A DNA stretch of 64,000 bases from Carpediemonas membranifera BICM (taxonomy: Eukaryota > Protista > Fornicata), in contig JAHDYR010000005.1 of assembly GCA_019828565.1 (NCBI GenBank), positions 521,200 to 585,199 on the forward strand, read 5' to 3'. Below the pieces are notes generated by a model. It was not told where the DNA came from, did not search any database, and saw only the letters and a program-made list of their open reading frames with translations. The position numbers and the translations under genes were made by a program. This document shows, one piece after another, positions 42,494 to 52,884 of the stretch. How positions within the stretch are numbered: the first letter of the stretch is position 1; each line of letters begins with the position of its first letter.

Positions 42494-43733
42494 ATGACAT
42501 CTTCATCAATGACCAGCTGCACACCTGTAGTGCGCAACAAGATGGAGATATATACGATCAAAGCCTCCATCAAGCAAGCTCTCAGACAGAACTACACCGA
42601 AGAACGGAGAGTGGGGGATTACGCCGCAGCAAAATATCTCTACTCATGCCTGCTGGCCCGGCTCGCGGTTGAATGCTATGCGCAGCGCCGGCAACTCCCC
42701 CTACATGACGCCGACTTCCACAACGGACTGCTCACTCATGTACGCGGCGGTCATCCGGGTCAGGCCTACGCGGCCATTGTGCAGTCGCTATCGGCCACAA
42801 CATGATGCGAGCATGCCTGTTCGAAAGCGAGCGAAATGGCGGGAGAAAGAGCGCCCCCGACTCGGGACCAATAGTGCTGAGGCTCCGCCCGCGCCGGATC
42901 CTGATGCCCACCTCATGGGGTTCGACCCGGGCGCAAGGTCCATCGGAGGGTATTACATCAGGCACCCCGATGGCACCACCAGCTCCGGCGTCCTCCCAAA
43001 GTGCGGATACACTAAGACGCCAAGTTTCGGCTTTGATATGACGGCCGCGTCGTTCAAGAGCACAAGACTAGTGAGTATCAACAACTCTATTAGGTTTGTG
43101 CTGGACAACGCGAACGACATTTTCGAGGCTGGAATGCGTAAGTCTTTCCGCCGAGTGCGCTTTGCGAACCACATCCTTCGCCAGAAGCACTTCGCCCGCT
43201 GCGGCCAACAGTTGGCTCGGGAGTTCGGTTGGCGTGGCCACCATCCTATCGCCACCCCCATTCGCCTGAAAGCCTTCTACGGGAGCTCGGGATTCACCAC
43301 GCCTGCTGGTATGTTCATTCCTTGCGCGCCATATCGAAAGTTCGCGAGAGAGATAGTTCCCCTTCTCAAGAGGTATAACATTGTCGTCGATCTTAACATG
43401 GTTAACGGGGATCGCACCACCGTCGTCTGCCCTCACTGCCACGCCCCCTACAAGCGAGTTCGTCCGCGTGATGACCAGCACGTTCACCCACATCGTGTGA
43501 TGCTCTGCGAAAAACCACAGTGCCGTGGTGCTCAGTGGCGCGCAACAGTTCCTGATGCTCTGAATGTTGATCATCGGGACAAGAGTGCTGCAGAAAACAT
43601 CCTGTGGCGTTCTCTTGCCACGGAAGATGAGCTCAGTGGCTCTCCGTTCAGTCGCACATCGATCCCGCGCCTTCCAACATCATTCCAGTATCATCAATTG
43701 GCTAACCGCCACCATTCGTCTGCTGACGGATGA
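42494..43733 (+). pseudogene. Fanzor1-like RNA-guided nuclease, internally deleted and frameshifted near 42790
   Basis: N-terminal piece YTIKASIKQAL...LPLHDADF (42494-42805). RuvC-I GFDPG (D at 42924), bridge-helix-like RFANHILRQK, FYGSSGF, VNGDRTTVVCPHC, LCEKPQC, RuvC-III HRDKSAAENI (D at 43578). Confidence 0.78.
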
Positions 43734-43793
43734 TATTGTACAGTTTGGTCACTTTGATCGTTCCTTTCAGGCCCTGTCTGGAGGTTCGAACAA

Positions 43794-43812
43794 TGTTTAT
43801 ACTGCGCAACAC
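43794..43812 (+). repeat. Right copy of the 19-bp subterminal direct repeat
   Basis: Identical to 42274-42292. Confidence 0.9.
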
Positions 43813-44031
43813 GAGCCGCGCGGTGAGCTATTGTTAACGTGAGGTTGTACGTAAAGACTTTAGGGACATCCAAATATCACCTCTCACACATCGCCCCATC
43901 TTCCGGTCGTTATGACATGCCCGAGTTCGCCCCTCAGCTCACAGATCGCCTTTACTCCATTCCAATGCTCATCGTACTCCCAGCACATAACCGAAGCGTC
44001 AGAAGTTTATGTCCAACATAAACCACACATC

Positions 44032-45759
44032 TCACACGAACCTACCCCTGAGCTGCTCCAGGCTGACTGCGTCGAACTCCTTGGTCGGCAGCATTGCGAG
44101 GCCGCCGGCCTCCTGGCTAGCCTGCAGGGTCGACTCATCAAGAGTCGATACGATCCGGTCTGTGCTGACTGAATCTGACTGCGGATCCGACTCCACGTCG
44201 ACCGGCGTGTCACCCAGAGTCTCAATGGACATCTTGAGGCGCTCCGAGATCTCGTAAATGTCAGCCTGCACGTCGGCCCGGTCGATGAGACTGTCTGCTA
44301 TGCCCACGAGCTCGGCCTTGACCTCCTCGCTGACGGCGTCGGGTCTGAGCGGCAGCAGGCCCATGATGAAGAGCCCGACAAACACCCGTACCTCGCTGTC
44401 ACACGGCTGGGTGAAGATCGACACCGCCATCGGCAGCAGGTGTAGCAGACGCTTGCCGCACCGAAGATCGTCGATGGAGATGTTCACAAACAGGGCGAGT
44501 CCATGCCGCACGCCGGCCAGGGACGCGTGGCCGGACGCCACGGCCTCGAGAGACTGGGAGGCGAAGGGCTGGCTGGCGCTGTCGGCCCGGCTCGAGTGTG
44601 ACAGCACGCCGAGGACCTCCGAGAACTCCGTGACGAGACGTGAGCGGAGTACCTGCAGCCTGGTGCTGGGGGACGTCTTCGTGAAGTTGACCAGGACCGC
44701 CAGGATGGTCCGTTTGACGTCGCCCGTGAGGATGCTGACTTGCTGGTCCGTCAACGCCGGGCCCTCCTCGGGGGGTGCCAGACCGAGGTCGTCCACGAGG
44801 TAGTAACACGACAGTAGCCGGTCCACCGCGCGGGACTGGGGCCTGCCCTTCTTGTCGGGTACGGCGGAGTCCAGCAGCCGCTTCTTGAGGAAGGGCTGCA
44901 GGGTTATGTGCTCGAGCACGTTACACAGCGCCTTGACGACGAAGACGGTCTCCAGGGAGGGCTGGATCGGCACGTGCGGCTGGGCGTGCCCTGGGGTGTA
45001 GATCAGGGAGACCAGGTCCATGAGTCCCAGCAGGACAGAGCCCACGCCGACCTTGAGGTACGCCCGCATGGCCGGCTTCGAGCACTGGAGCAGCCTTTGG
45101 AGCGCCGTGAGGCAGAAGAACTCGGCTGACCCGCTGGGGCTGAACTCCTCGACGAGCTTGGCCACCCGGGGCTGGAGGGCTTTCATGGGGAACTGTGGGG
45201 TCAGCTCAAGCGTGCCGGCCGCCATGAACGCCGTCGAAGCCAGGGTCTTGACGATGAGCGACATGATACGGTCCATCCAGCCCTCCTCCTCGTTGTCCCC
45301 GATAGTCTGGACGGCTGCCGGGTCGATGGTGAGGTTGTGGAGCAGGAGGGAGATGAGGATGGGGATGTCCGGGGTCGACACCGCCCCGGCGTCGAACAAA
45401 CCGCACAGATCGAAGATCGCATTGATCGTGCGCGGACTGTCGAAGATCTTGGACCTCGTGTCGGCGTCAGCAATGGCCTTAACCATGGCAATGGCGACGC
45501 CGATGGCCACACTGAATTCTTTGGACTCCTCAAAGACGATAGGATGCTTACGGATGAATGTAACCAGTAACCGGACATGCTGTGTGATGTTTTCGGGCAT
45601 CATCAGGAACTCCCTGTTGGAATCAGTCTGGGATGAAGCGAAAGCATCCTCCACGTCCGTTGTGGTCACGGAAACTGGCTTTGCTGGCGCAGGCTCGAGT
45701 GCCGTTGCCTGTTGTGATGATACCGCGCGTCTACTCATACGGACACGCCTCGCCGTCAT
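44032..45759 (-). CDS. ARM/HEAT-repeat protein, possibly WAPL-like cohesin release factor
   Basis: 575-aa helical ORF. Motifs LCNVLEHIT, ILAVLVNFT and GLALFVNIS recall the WAPL C-terminal domain. The CDS is solid; the identity is tentative. Confidence 0.55.
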   Translation of the reverse strand: MTARRVRMSRRAVSSQQATALEPAPAKPVSVTTTDVEDAFASSQTDSNREFLMMPENITQHVRLLVTFIRKHPIVFEESKEFSVAIGVAIAMVKAIADADTRSKIFDSPRTINAIFDLCGLFDAGAVSTPDIPILISLLLHNLTIDPAAVQTIGDNEEEGWMDRIMSLIVKTLASTAFMAAGTLELTPQFPMKALQPRVAKLVEEFSPSGSAEFFCLTALQRLLQCSKPAMRAYLKVGVGSVLLGLMDLVSLIYTPGHAQPHVPIQPSLETVFVVKALCNVLEHITLQPFLKKRLLDSAVPDKKGRPQSRAVDRLLSCYYLVDDLGLAPPEEGPALTDQQVSILTGDVKRTILAVLVNFTKTSPSTRLQVLRSRLVTEFSEVLGVLSHSSRADSASQPFASQSLEAVASGHASLAGVRHGLALFVNISIDDLRCGKRLLHLLPMAVSIFTQPCDSEVRVFVGLFIMGLLPLRPDAVSEEVKAELVGIADSLIDRADVQADIYEISERLKMSIETLGDTPVDVESDPQSDSVSTDRIVSTLDESTLQASQEAGGLAMLPTKEFDAVSLEQLRGRFV

Positions 45760-45962
45760 CCGAATTCGCCTGTGTCGCTTCCGTGTCGACTTGCTCGAGT
45801 CGAGAAATTCAAGCGCTGATTTGTGGGCGTATGGATGCGTGTGGGCGTGCCAGCCAGAGCGCTAAGCTACCTCGCTTGATTTCTGGCTTCTTTGCGCGAC
45901 TTGAGAAAATGACTCTGGTGGAGTCGAACGCTGAAGCAGCGAGAAGTGGTAAAGAACCGGGT

Positions 45963-47498
45963 ATGGTCTCTTACTTGCTGTTCGAGTTCGCTAACGGGTA
46001 TGCTCTCTTCGATGTGGAGGCAAATGACGTAATTGGGCACTCTACGAAGGAAGCTCAGAAGGCTATGTCTGATTTTGGCCAGTTTTCGCAGCGCGTGAAG
46101 TATCTGTCTGGTGTTCAGTTCGAGACGCAAGAGATCGCCGTTGAGAACATCTGCGCCATCAATGAAGGCAAGGTTCACGACGTTCTCAAGCGTTTCCTCA
46201 ACACCAACCTTCCCCACGATAAGTGCACCCTCATGATCAGCGACAAGACTCTTGCCGCTGACATCCAGGAGCAGCTCAAGCGCCCCAGCCTGTCCTGCAA
46301 GACTGATGCCAACTCTGCCCAGATCATTCGCTTTGTTCGTGCTCACTTCAACACCTACCTCCGGACCTCCCTTCCCGAGGTTGACGTCGACGCCGGTGAG
46401 CTCGGTCTCGCTCACGCATACAGTCGCCACAAGGTGCAGTTTAACGCCAACCGCGCGGACAACATGATCATCCAGGCGATCAACACCGTCGACCAGCTCG
46501 ACAAGGACATCAACCAGTTCACCATGAGGACCCGCGAGTGGTACTCGTGGCACTTCCCCGAGCTCGCCACGTTCACCAAGGAGCCCGCCGGCTACACAGC
46601 GCTCGTCCTCCTCATCGGCGACCGCACGGCCTTCATCAACCGCCTCGAGGCGGAGGAGGCCGAGCTCACCGAGCAGGTCGCCGCAATCATGCCCGATGAG
46701 GGTGTTGCTGAGAAGATAGTGAACGCCGCCCGCCTCTCCATGGGCCAGGAAATCGCCCAGCAGGACCTCGAGACCGTCCTCACTTTCGCATACCGCCTCG
46801 CCGAGCTCATTGGCTACCGCCGGGACCTCCTCACGTATCTGGAGTCCCGCATGAACGCCGTGGCCCCCAACCTCTCGGCCCTCATCGGCAACGTCGTCGG
46901 CGCCCGCCTCATCGCCCAGGCCGGGTCCCTCACGAACCTCGCCAAGTGCCCCGCATCGACCATCCAGATCCTGGGCGCCGAGAAGGCCCTGTTCCGCGCC
47001 ATCAAGTCCCGTGGCAACACGCCCAAGTACGGCATCCTTTATCACTCGTCCTTTGTCGGAAACATCAAGGCCAACTTCAAGGGCCGCATCTCTAGACTGC
47101 TGGCGAACAAGTGCTCCATCGCCTCTCGGGTGGACTGCTTCTCAGACGACCGGACGGACGCCTACGGCAACGCCCTCAAGGGCCAGGTCGAGGAGCGCGT
47201 CAAGTTCCTCCTTACGGGCAAGCCCCCGCAGAAGAACGTCGACGTGATGCACCAGATCTTCCTTGAGCGCCGCCAGGCCATGCAGGAGGAGGCCGCGGCG
47301 AAGGGAGAAGCCGTGCCCGCCGTCGAGCCCAAGGAGGAGCCCGTCGAGACCCCTGAGGAGCGCGCTGCCCGCAAGGCTGCCCGCAAGGCGAAGAAGGCTG
47401 CCAAGAAGGCCAAGAAGGAGAGCGCGAGGGACAAGAAGGAGAAGAAGCGCGACAAGAAGAAGGAGAAGAAGGTCAAGGCTCTTGCGGACGACGAGTAA
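45963..47498 (+). CDS. NOP56: Nucleolar protein 56 (box C/D snoRNP)
   Basis: MVSYLLFE..GYALF, GLAHAYSR.KVQFN.NRADNMIIQ, REWYSWHFPEL, PASTIQILGAEKALFR, NTPKYG, GRISR.LANKCSIASR.D, and a KKE-rich tail. Confidence 0.95.
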   Translation: MVSYLLFEFANGYALFDVEANDVIGHSTKEAQKAMSDFGQFSQRVKYLSGVQFETQEIAVENICAINEGKVHDVLKRFLNTNLPHDKCTLMISDKTLAADIQEQLKRPSLSCKTDANSAQIIRFVRAHFNTYLRTSLPEVDVDAGELGLAHAYSRHKVQFNANRADNMIIQAINTVDQLDKDINQFTMRTREWYSWHFPELATFTKEPAGYTALVLLIGDRTAFINRLEAEEAELTEQVAAIMPDEGVAEKIVNAARLSMGQEIAQQDLETVLTFAYRLAELIGYRRDLLTYLESRMNAVAPNLSALIGNVVGARLIAQAGSLTNLAKCPASTIQILGAEKALFRAIKSRGNTPKYGILYHSSFVGNIKANFKGRISRLLANKCSIASRVDCFSDDRTDAYGNALKGQVEERVKFLLTGKPPQKNVDVMHQIFLERRQAMQEEAAAKGEAVPAVEPKEEPVETPEERAARKAARKAKKAAKKAKKESARDKKEKKRDKKKEKKVKALADDE

Positions 47499-47683
47499 AG
47501 TTATCGGTAATTGGACTGCGGGAGAGCGGGGGGCAACATGACGGCCGTTGTGGGCTTACCGGACACACAGAAGTCTACCGGACACATTCCGCTCTCGGTC
47601 CCGTCGCTATTTGATGCATGACTCGATTCTGAGTCGTAAGAATACGGGCGGATTTTTGCTTTCATTGTGGAAAAGAGAACACA

Positions 47684-50600
47684 ATGGTAGCTGATTCACT
47701 AGTAAGCCCACAGTATGAACGGCTTTCGCAACGAGAGCAAATTTTGCAGTGCCCAAGCATGTACCTCGGCAATACGGGCTTTGAGGGCGAGAAGATGATG
47801 ATCGTGCGGCCAGAGGATCCCGAGGCTGTCATGCGCGTCGAAAAACTGCAACATGTTCCCGCTCTTCTCAAGATTTTCGATGAGATTCTCGTCAACGCCG
47901 CTGATGAGGCTATCCGCAAGTCATCCGCCAAAGCAGCCGACCGCGTGAAGACGATCTTCGTCCACATCTCCGAGGACACCATCACCGTGGCCAACGACGG
48001 CACCGGCATCAGCACGTCCGAGCACAAGTCTGGGATCCTGAACCCCGAGTTGATCTTCGGGCACCTCAACACGTCGTCCAACTACAACCGCGCCGCAGAC
48101 CGCATCACCGGCGGTGTTAACGGCTTCGGTGCCAAGGGTACCAACATCTTCTCCGACCACTTCGAGGTCAACGTCAAATACTCTCAGTCTTCCAAGAGCG
48201 GCGTCAAGGCGTACTACCACCAGGTGTGGACCAGCAACATGGAGAACATGACGGTCCCTGCCGCCAAGTCCCTCTCAACCAAGGCCAAGTGCGACAACAT
48301 CGACCCGGACCTCATGGCCGAGATGAGCAAGAAGAGGGGCTACTGCATCATCTCGTTCAGACCAGACTACTCCCGGTTCGGCGAGGAGGACGACCCGATG
48401 GACACCCTGGACGACTCCCACAAGGCCCTGTTCGTGCAGCGCGTCCACGAGATCGCCGGCTGCCTCGACGCGGTGTCGGTCTGGCTCAAGGTCGACGGCT
48501 CCGAGGCCTTTGACGAACCCACGAAGCTCCCCAACGGCTTCCACCCCTTCATCAAGCGCATCACGTGCCTCGAGACGGCACCCGACGGCGAGGAGACGCT
48601 GGGCCGTGGCAAGACGGCGGTGTCGGTGCAACAGGTCATGGACACCGACGAGGACGGCAAGCCAGACGCCCAGGTCATGACGTTCACACTCCGGGGCAAC
48701 AAGCCCGAGTCCCCTGCCTGGGACATCAGCATCGTCAAGGCTGGGCTCCTCGGGTTGCCGTCGGTCTCCTTCATCAACAACATTAACATGTACCAGGGCG
48801 GCGCCCACGTCAAGGCCATCAGCGCGCAGATCCGGAAGAAGCTTAGCACTGCCAAGAACGCCGTGAAGGAGGACGACATCAAGACGTGCTTCAAGGTCTG
48901 TGTTCGCGCCACGGTGGTCGGGCCCGTGTTCGACGCTCAGAAGAAGCACAGCCTCGTCTCGTTCCAGTACAACACCGACCCCGAGAAGGCCAAGACCAAG
49001 GGCAAGCAGGCTGACGGTGGCGAGACGGTCCGCTGCGACATCCCCGAGCTTCCCAAGGGCCTGATCGACAAGATCATCGCGGACTTCAAGATCAAAGACC
49101 ACCTCAAGTCCCGCAGCTCGACTAAGCAGACTAGAGCGCTGAAGGCGACGGACGGCAAGCGGACGACGAGGGTCATCATCCCCAAGCTCGAAGACGCCAA
49201 CTGGGCCGGCACTAGTCGCAGCAAGCAGTGCACGCTGATCATCACGGAGGGTGACTCGGCCAAGTCCCTCGCCGTGGCCGGGCTCTCAGTCGTGGGCCGG
49301 GACCGGTACGGCGTCTTCCCCCTCAGAGGGAAGGTGCTCAACGTCAGGAACGCCAAGCCCGAGCAGGAGGCCAAGAACGCCGAGATTGCGGCGATCAAGC
49401 AGATCCTGGGCCTGTCAGAGAACGACTCGACTGCCATGCACGCCAAGCTCCGCTACGGCAAGCTCATGCTGATGACAGATCAGGATGTGGACGGCTCCCA
49501 CATCAAAGGGCTCGTGCTCTCCCTGTTCGACCACAAGTGGGCCACCCTCTGCAAAGCGGGCTTCCTGCAGGAGTTCGTGACGCCCATCGTCAAGGCTACC
49601 AAGGGCGGCGAGGTGCGCACGTTCTACACCCTGCCCGAGTATGAGTCCTGGACCGAGAACGAGGGCGCCAAGGGGCAATGGCGGGTGAAGTACTACAAGG
49701 GGCTGGGGTCCTCGTCCGACCGCGAGGCCGTCGAGTACTTCAAAGCCATCGCCCACCACACGATCGACTTCACGTGGGCCTTCCCCAAGGACGAGAGCCG
49801 CGACAGGTCCTACAAGAGCGACTTCGCCGCATCGTCGGCCGAGCTCAAGAAGGTATTCAACGCCGACAGGACCTCCGCGAGCAGCTTTGCGGACGAGCGG
49901 AAGAAGTGGCTGGCCACTGCGGATATGGACGTGTTCGTCGACCACAACGCCGTCGCCAAGACGAAGCTGCCCATCCACACGTTCGTCAACAAGGAGCTCG
50001 TGCTCTACTGTCAGGAGGACAACTTCCGGTCGATCCCCAGCGTCGTCGACGGCCTCAAGCCCGGCTCCCGCAAGATCCTCTTCGCCTGCTTCAAGCGGAA
50101 GCTCAAGGAGCAGATCAAGGTGGCCCAGCTGGCTGGCTACGTCTCTGAGCACGCCGCCTACCACCACGGCGAGGCGAGTCTCAGCGGGACGATCATCGGC
50201 ATGGCCCAGAGCTTTGTCGGGTCCAACAACATCCCCCTGCTCATGCCCGAGGGCCAGTTCGGCTCCAGGGAGCAGGGTGGGAAGAACGCGGCGTCTCCCA
50301 GGTACGTCCACACGCGGCTGTCCGACATGGCGCGGCTCATCTTCCCCGAGGACGACGACCCACTGCTGGACTACCTCGTGGACGACGGCCAGTCCATCGA
50401 GCCCGCATTCTACGTTCCTGTCATCCCCATGGTGCTCATCAATGGCGCGGCGGGCATCGGCACGGGCTGGGCCACTAACATCCCCAACCACTCCCCGCTG
50501 GACGTCATCGACGCCGTCAGACGCAGACTACACGTGGCAACGAGAGAGGAGGCTGGGCTGCCTGGCCTCGCCCCCTGGTACGTCGGGTGGACCGGCACCA

Positions 50601-52627
50601 TCGCGGCCAAGGACAACGTCGCAGACGGGGAGCCGCTGACGTACGAGCACACCGGTCGGTTCGATGAGGTCGACCCCGACGACGACGGCAACGTGTGCCT
50701 CGAGATCAGCGAGTTGCCCATCGGGACCTGGACCGAGCCCTACAAGGAGCTGCTCGAGCAGTTCCTGCAGGGCGTCTATATCAGACGGAAGTCGGCGAAG
50801 GGCGCCTGGCAGCTCGATGTCCCCAAGCGCGAGGACAAGGCAACAACTGCAGCCGCAGCGGCCAAGAAGAAGCCCGCCGCCCGCGGCAAGGCGGCCAAAA
50901 AGGACGACAAGTTCGACGAGACAGTCAACGACGAGAACAACAAGGCGTTTAAGCTTGCCGACATGACCCAGCACCATGGGCTGAACACGGTGCGGTTCAA
51001 GTTGTCGGTGACCAAGCGCATGTACGATGTTGTGCGGCAGACCATTGGCTGGCCCAAGCTGCTGAAGATGAGCGGGTCGATCAGCAAGACCAACATGGTC
51101 GTGTTCGACCGCCACAACCGCATCGTGGAGTGCAAGCGGACGGATGAGATCATCGAGCAGCACTACCAGGTCCGCAGCGAGATGTACCAGCGCCGCATGG
51201 ACCTCCTGCTGCTCACCCTGCGGCGCCAGTTCCTCACACAGACCACGAAGGCCGCCTTCATCAACCTCGTCAACGCCAAGGAGCTCGACACCCACAGGCC
51301 CGAGGCCGAGCTCATCCAGGAGTTGTGGGGCCGCCAGCTGCTGCCCGATACGGACTCCAGGACCAAGATTCTCGCAGCGGCAGGGGCGGGGGAGGTCATG
51401 CTGGCTGTGGAGAACGATGGGCCTCGGACTGAGTTCACCCAGGCCTTCTTCAGGGCGGCCAACGCGAACAAGGCGGCCAAGAAGATCGCAAAGCTCAAGG
51501 CAAGCTGCTACAACAGTCTTTTGGACATGCCCATCAGGACTCTCACGAAGGAGCGCGCCCAGAAGCTGCACAAGGACGCCGCCGCCACCAAGGCCAAGAT
51601 TATCGAGCTGGTGGGCAAGACCCCCAAGGATCTCTGGCTCGCGGACCTACAGGCGCTGGAAGACGCCCTGATGGAGCGTGACTCGTGCCCCGGCATCACG
51701 GACCTGACGGTGGTGGACCCCTCGCCCTACACGGAGAACAGAATGCCCCTTGGCGTGCTAGAGAAGCAGTACGCGGATGTCATCGTCAAGAAGGAGCGGA
51801 AGACGTCGGAAGAGGCAGAGAAACGCGTCAAGAAGGAGACGGCAGAGAAGGAGACCAAGGCCAAGGCCGAGGACAAACCGGTCAAGCGGAAGGCAGCCAA
51901 GGCGACGACGAGGAAGGTCAAGTCACCCGCATATGACGGCAGCGACGACGAGGAGACCGCGGAGGAGTGGGACAGCGACATGGCGATGGACGAGAGCGAG
52001 GAGGACTTCGCCACTCCCGCGCCCAAGCCGAGGGCCGCCAGTAAGAGGACGCGGAGGGCGCCCATCCCGGAGCCAGAGTCTGACAGTGACGCCGGGACTC
52101 CTGACTCTGCAGCGCAGTTCCCGTCGATCAAGCAACGCATCGCCAAGGCGACCCAGGAGCTCGACTCGGAGGAGGAGGCCGCCACGCCAGTCCAGACCCG
52201 CCCCAGGGCACGGAGGGCCCGGGCTGCTGCTGTGAGCTACTATGACGACAGTGACAGCGAGGCCTATGACACTGACGACTTCGACGAGGACATGACCGAA
52301 CCCGAGCCGACACCGGAACCCAAGGCCAAGAGACCTGCCCGCCGGACGATGGTGATCGACACCGACGAGAGCGAGGAGTCCACTCCCGCTCCCAAGAAGG
52401 CCGCCAAGAAGAAGGCCGCCCCGAAGCGTGGGGCCAAGAAGCAGCCCGTTGTCGAGGTGAGCGACACCGAGGAGGAGGAGGAGAAGCCGAAGCCGACCAA
52501 ACGGAAGGCCCCAGCCAAGCCAGCTCCCAAGGCCCCTGCCCGCAAGACCCGCGGTGTCAACCTCAACTTTGGTGGTAGTTTTGGAGACTCCGCCAGTGAC
52601 AGCGGCAGCTCGGAGTTCGAGTTCTAG
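47684..52627 (+). CDS. TOP2: DNA topoisomerase II (type IIA)
   Basis: FDEILVNAAD, TSSNY, GG.NGFGAK, LIITEGDSAK, PLRGK, MTDQDVDGSHIKGL, YYKGLG, DGLKP, YHHGE, ASPRY (catalytic Tyr), charged C-terminal tail. Confidence 0.98.
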   Translation: MVADSLVSPQYERLSQREQILQCPSMYLGNTGFEGEKMMIVRPEDPEAVMRVEKLQHVPALLKIFDEILVNAADEAIRKSSAKAADRVKTIFVHISEDTITVANDGTGISTSEHKSGILNPELIFGHLNTSSNYNRAADRITGGVNGFGAKGTNIFSDHFEVNVKYSQSSKSGVKAYYHQVWTSNMENMTVPAAKSLSTKAKCDNIDPDLMAEMSKKRGYCIISFRPDYSRFGEEDDPMDTLDDSHKALFVQRVHEIAGCLDAVSVWLKVDGSEAFDEPTKLPNGFHPFIKRITCLETAPDGEETLGRGKTAVSVQQVMDTDEDGKPDAQVMTFTLRGNKPESPAWDISIVKAGLLGLPSVSFINNINMYQGGAHVKAISAQIRKKLSTAKNAVKEDDIKTCFKVCVRATVVGPVFDAQKKHSLVSFQYNTDPEKAKTKGKQADGGETVRCDIPELPKGLIDKIIADFKIKDHLKSRSSTKQTRALKATDGKRTTRVIIPKLEDANWAGTSRSKQCTLIITEGDSAKSLAVAGLSVVGRDRYGVFPLRGKVLNVRNAKPEQEAKNAEIAAIKQILGLSENDSTAMHAKLRYGKLMLMTDQDVDGSHIKGLVLSLFDHKWATLCKAGFLQEFVTPIVKATKGGEVRTFYTLPEYESWTENEGAKGQWRVKYYKGLGSSSDREAVEYFKAIAHHTIDFTWAFPKDESRDRSYKSDFAASSAELKKVFNADRTSASSFADERKKWLATADMDVFVDHNAVAKTKLPIHTFVNKELVLYCQEDNFRSIPSVVDGLKPGSRKILFACFKRKLKEQIKVAQLAGYVSEHAAYHHGEASLSGTIIGMAQSFVGSNNIPLLMPEGQFGSREQGGKNAASPRYVHTRLSDMARLIFPEDDDPLLDYLVDDGQSIEPAFYVPVIPMVLINGAAGIGTGWATNIPNHSPLDVIDAVRRRLHVATREEAGLPGLAPWYVGWTGTIAAKDNVADGEPLTYEHTGRFDEVDPDDDGNVCLEISELPIGTWTEPYKELLEQFLQGVYIRRKSAKGAWQLDVPKREDKATTAAAAAKKKPAARGKAAKKDDKFDETVNDENNKAFKLADMTQHHGLNTVRFKLSVTKRMYDVVRQTIGWPKLLKMSGSISKTNMVVFDRHNRIVECKRTDEIIEQHYQVRSEMYQRRMDLLLLTLRRQFLTQTTKAAFINLVNAKELDTHRPEAELIQELWGRQLLPDTDSRTKILAAAGAGEVMLAVENDGPRTEFTQAFFRAANANKAAKKIAKLKASCYNSLLDMPIRTLTKERAQKLHKDAAATKAKIIELVGKTPKDLWLADLQALEDALMERDSCPGITDLTVVDPSPYTENRMPLGVLEKQYADVIVKKERKTSEEAEKRVKKETAEKETKAKAEDKPVKRKAAKATTRKVKSPAYDGSDDEETAEEWDSDMAMDESEEDFATPAPKPRAASKRTRRAPIPEPESDSDAGTPDSAAQFPSIKQRIAKATQELDSEEEAATPVQTRPRARRARAAAVSYYDDSDSEAYDTDDFDEDMTEPEPTPEPKAKRPARRTMVIDTDESEESTPAPKKAAKKKAAPKRGAKKQPVVEVSDTEEEEEKPKPTKRKAPAKPAPKAPARKTRGVNLNFGGSFGDSASDSGSSEFEF

Positions 52628-52884
52628 CTGTGATAAAGATCGATTTGACTGCGATGGTGGTTTATCGTTGCCTGATTCATAAGATTCTTGTGTGATGGGA
52701 AAGTGATTCTTGAATCTGTTGCGGTATCTGATGCCGCGGCGGTTTTACCAAAGACAGACTTACCAGACTCAATAGGTCCAGCGCCTCGAGATGACCTGCG
52801 TTGACGCCGATTGCACGCAATCAGATCGCGATCAATTTCTTCGATTTTGTGAAGACATTCGGCCTGCGAACTAGCCAGGGCAAG

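Larger units (their letters stand above)
42264..43865 (+). mobile_element. Non-autonomous transposon carrying a Fanzor (eukaryotic TnpB-family) gene
   Basis: Flanked by ACTTTAGGG at 42255-42263 and 43857-43865. Subterminal direct repeat TGTTTATACTGCGCAACAC at 42274-42292 and 43794-43812. Composition differs from the neighbouring host genes. Confidence 0.8.

Noticed and set aside
42273-42497. Remnant of an IS607 serine recombinase upstream of the Fanzor ORF
   Set aside because: No YARVS-type catalytic motif or HTH is recognisable in the frames examined.
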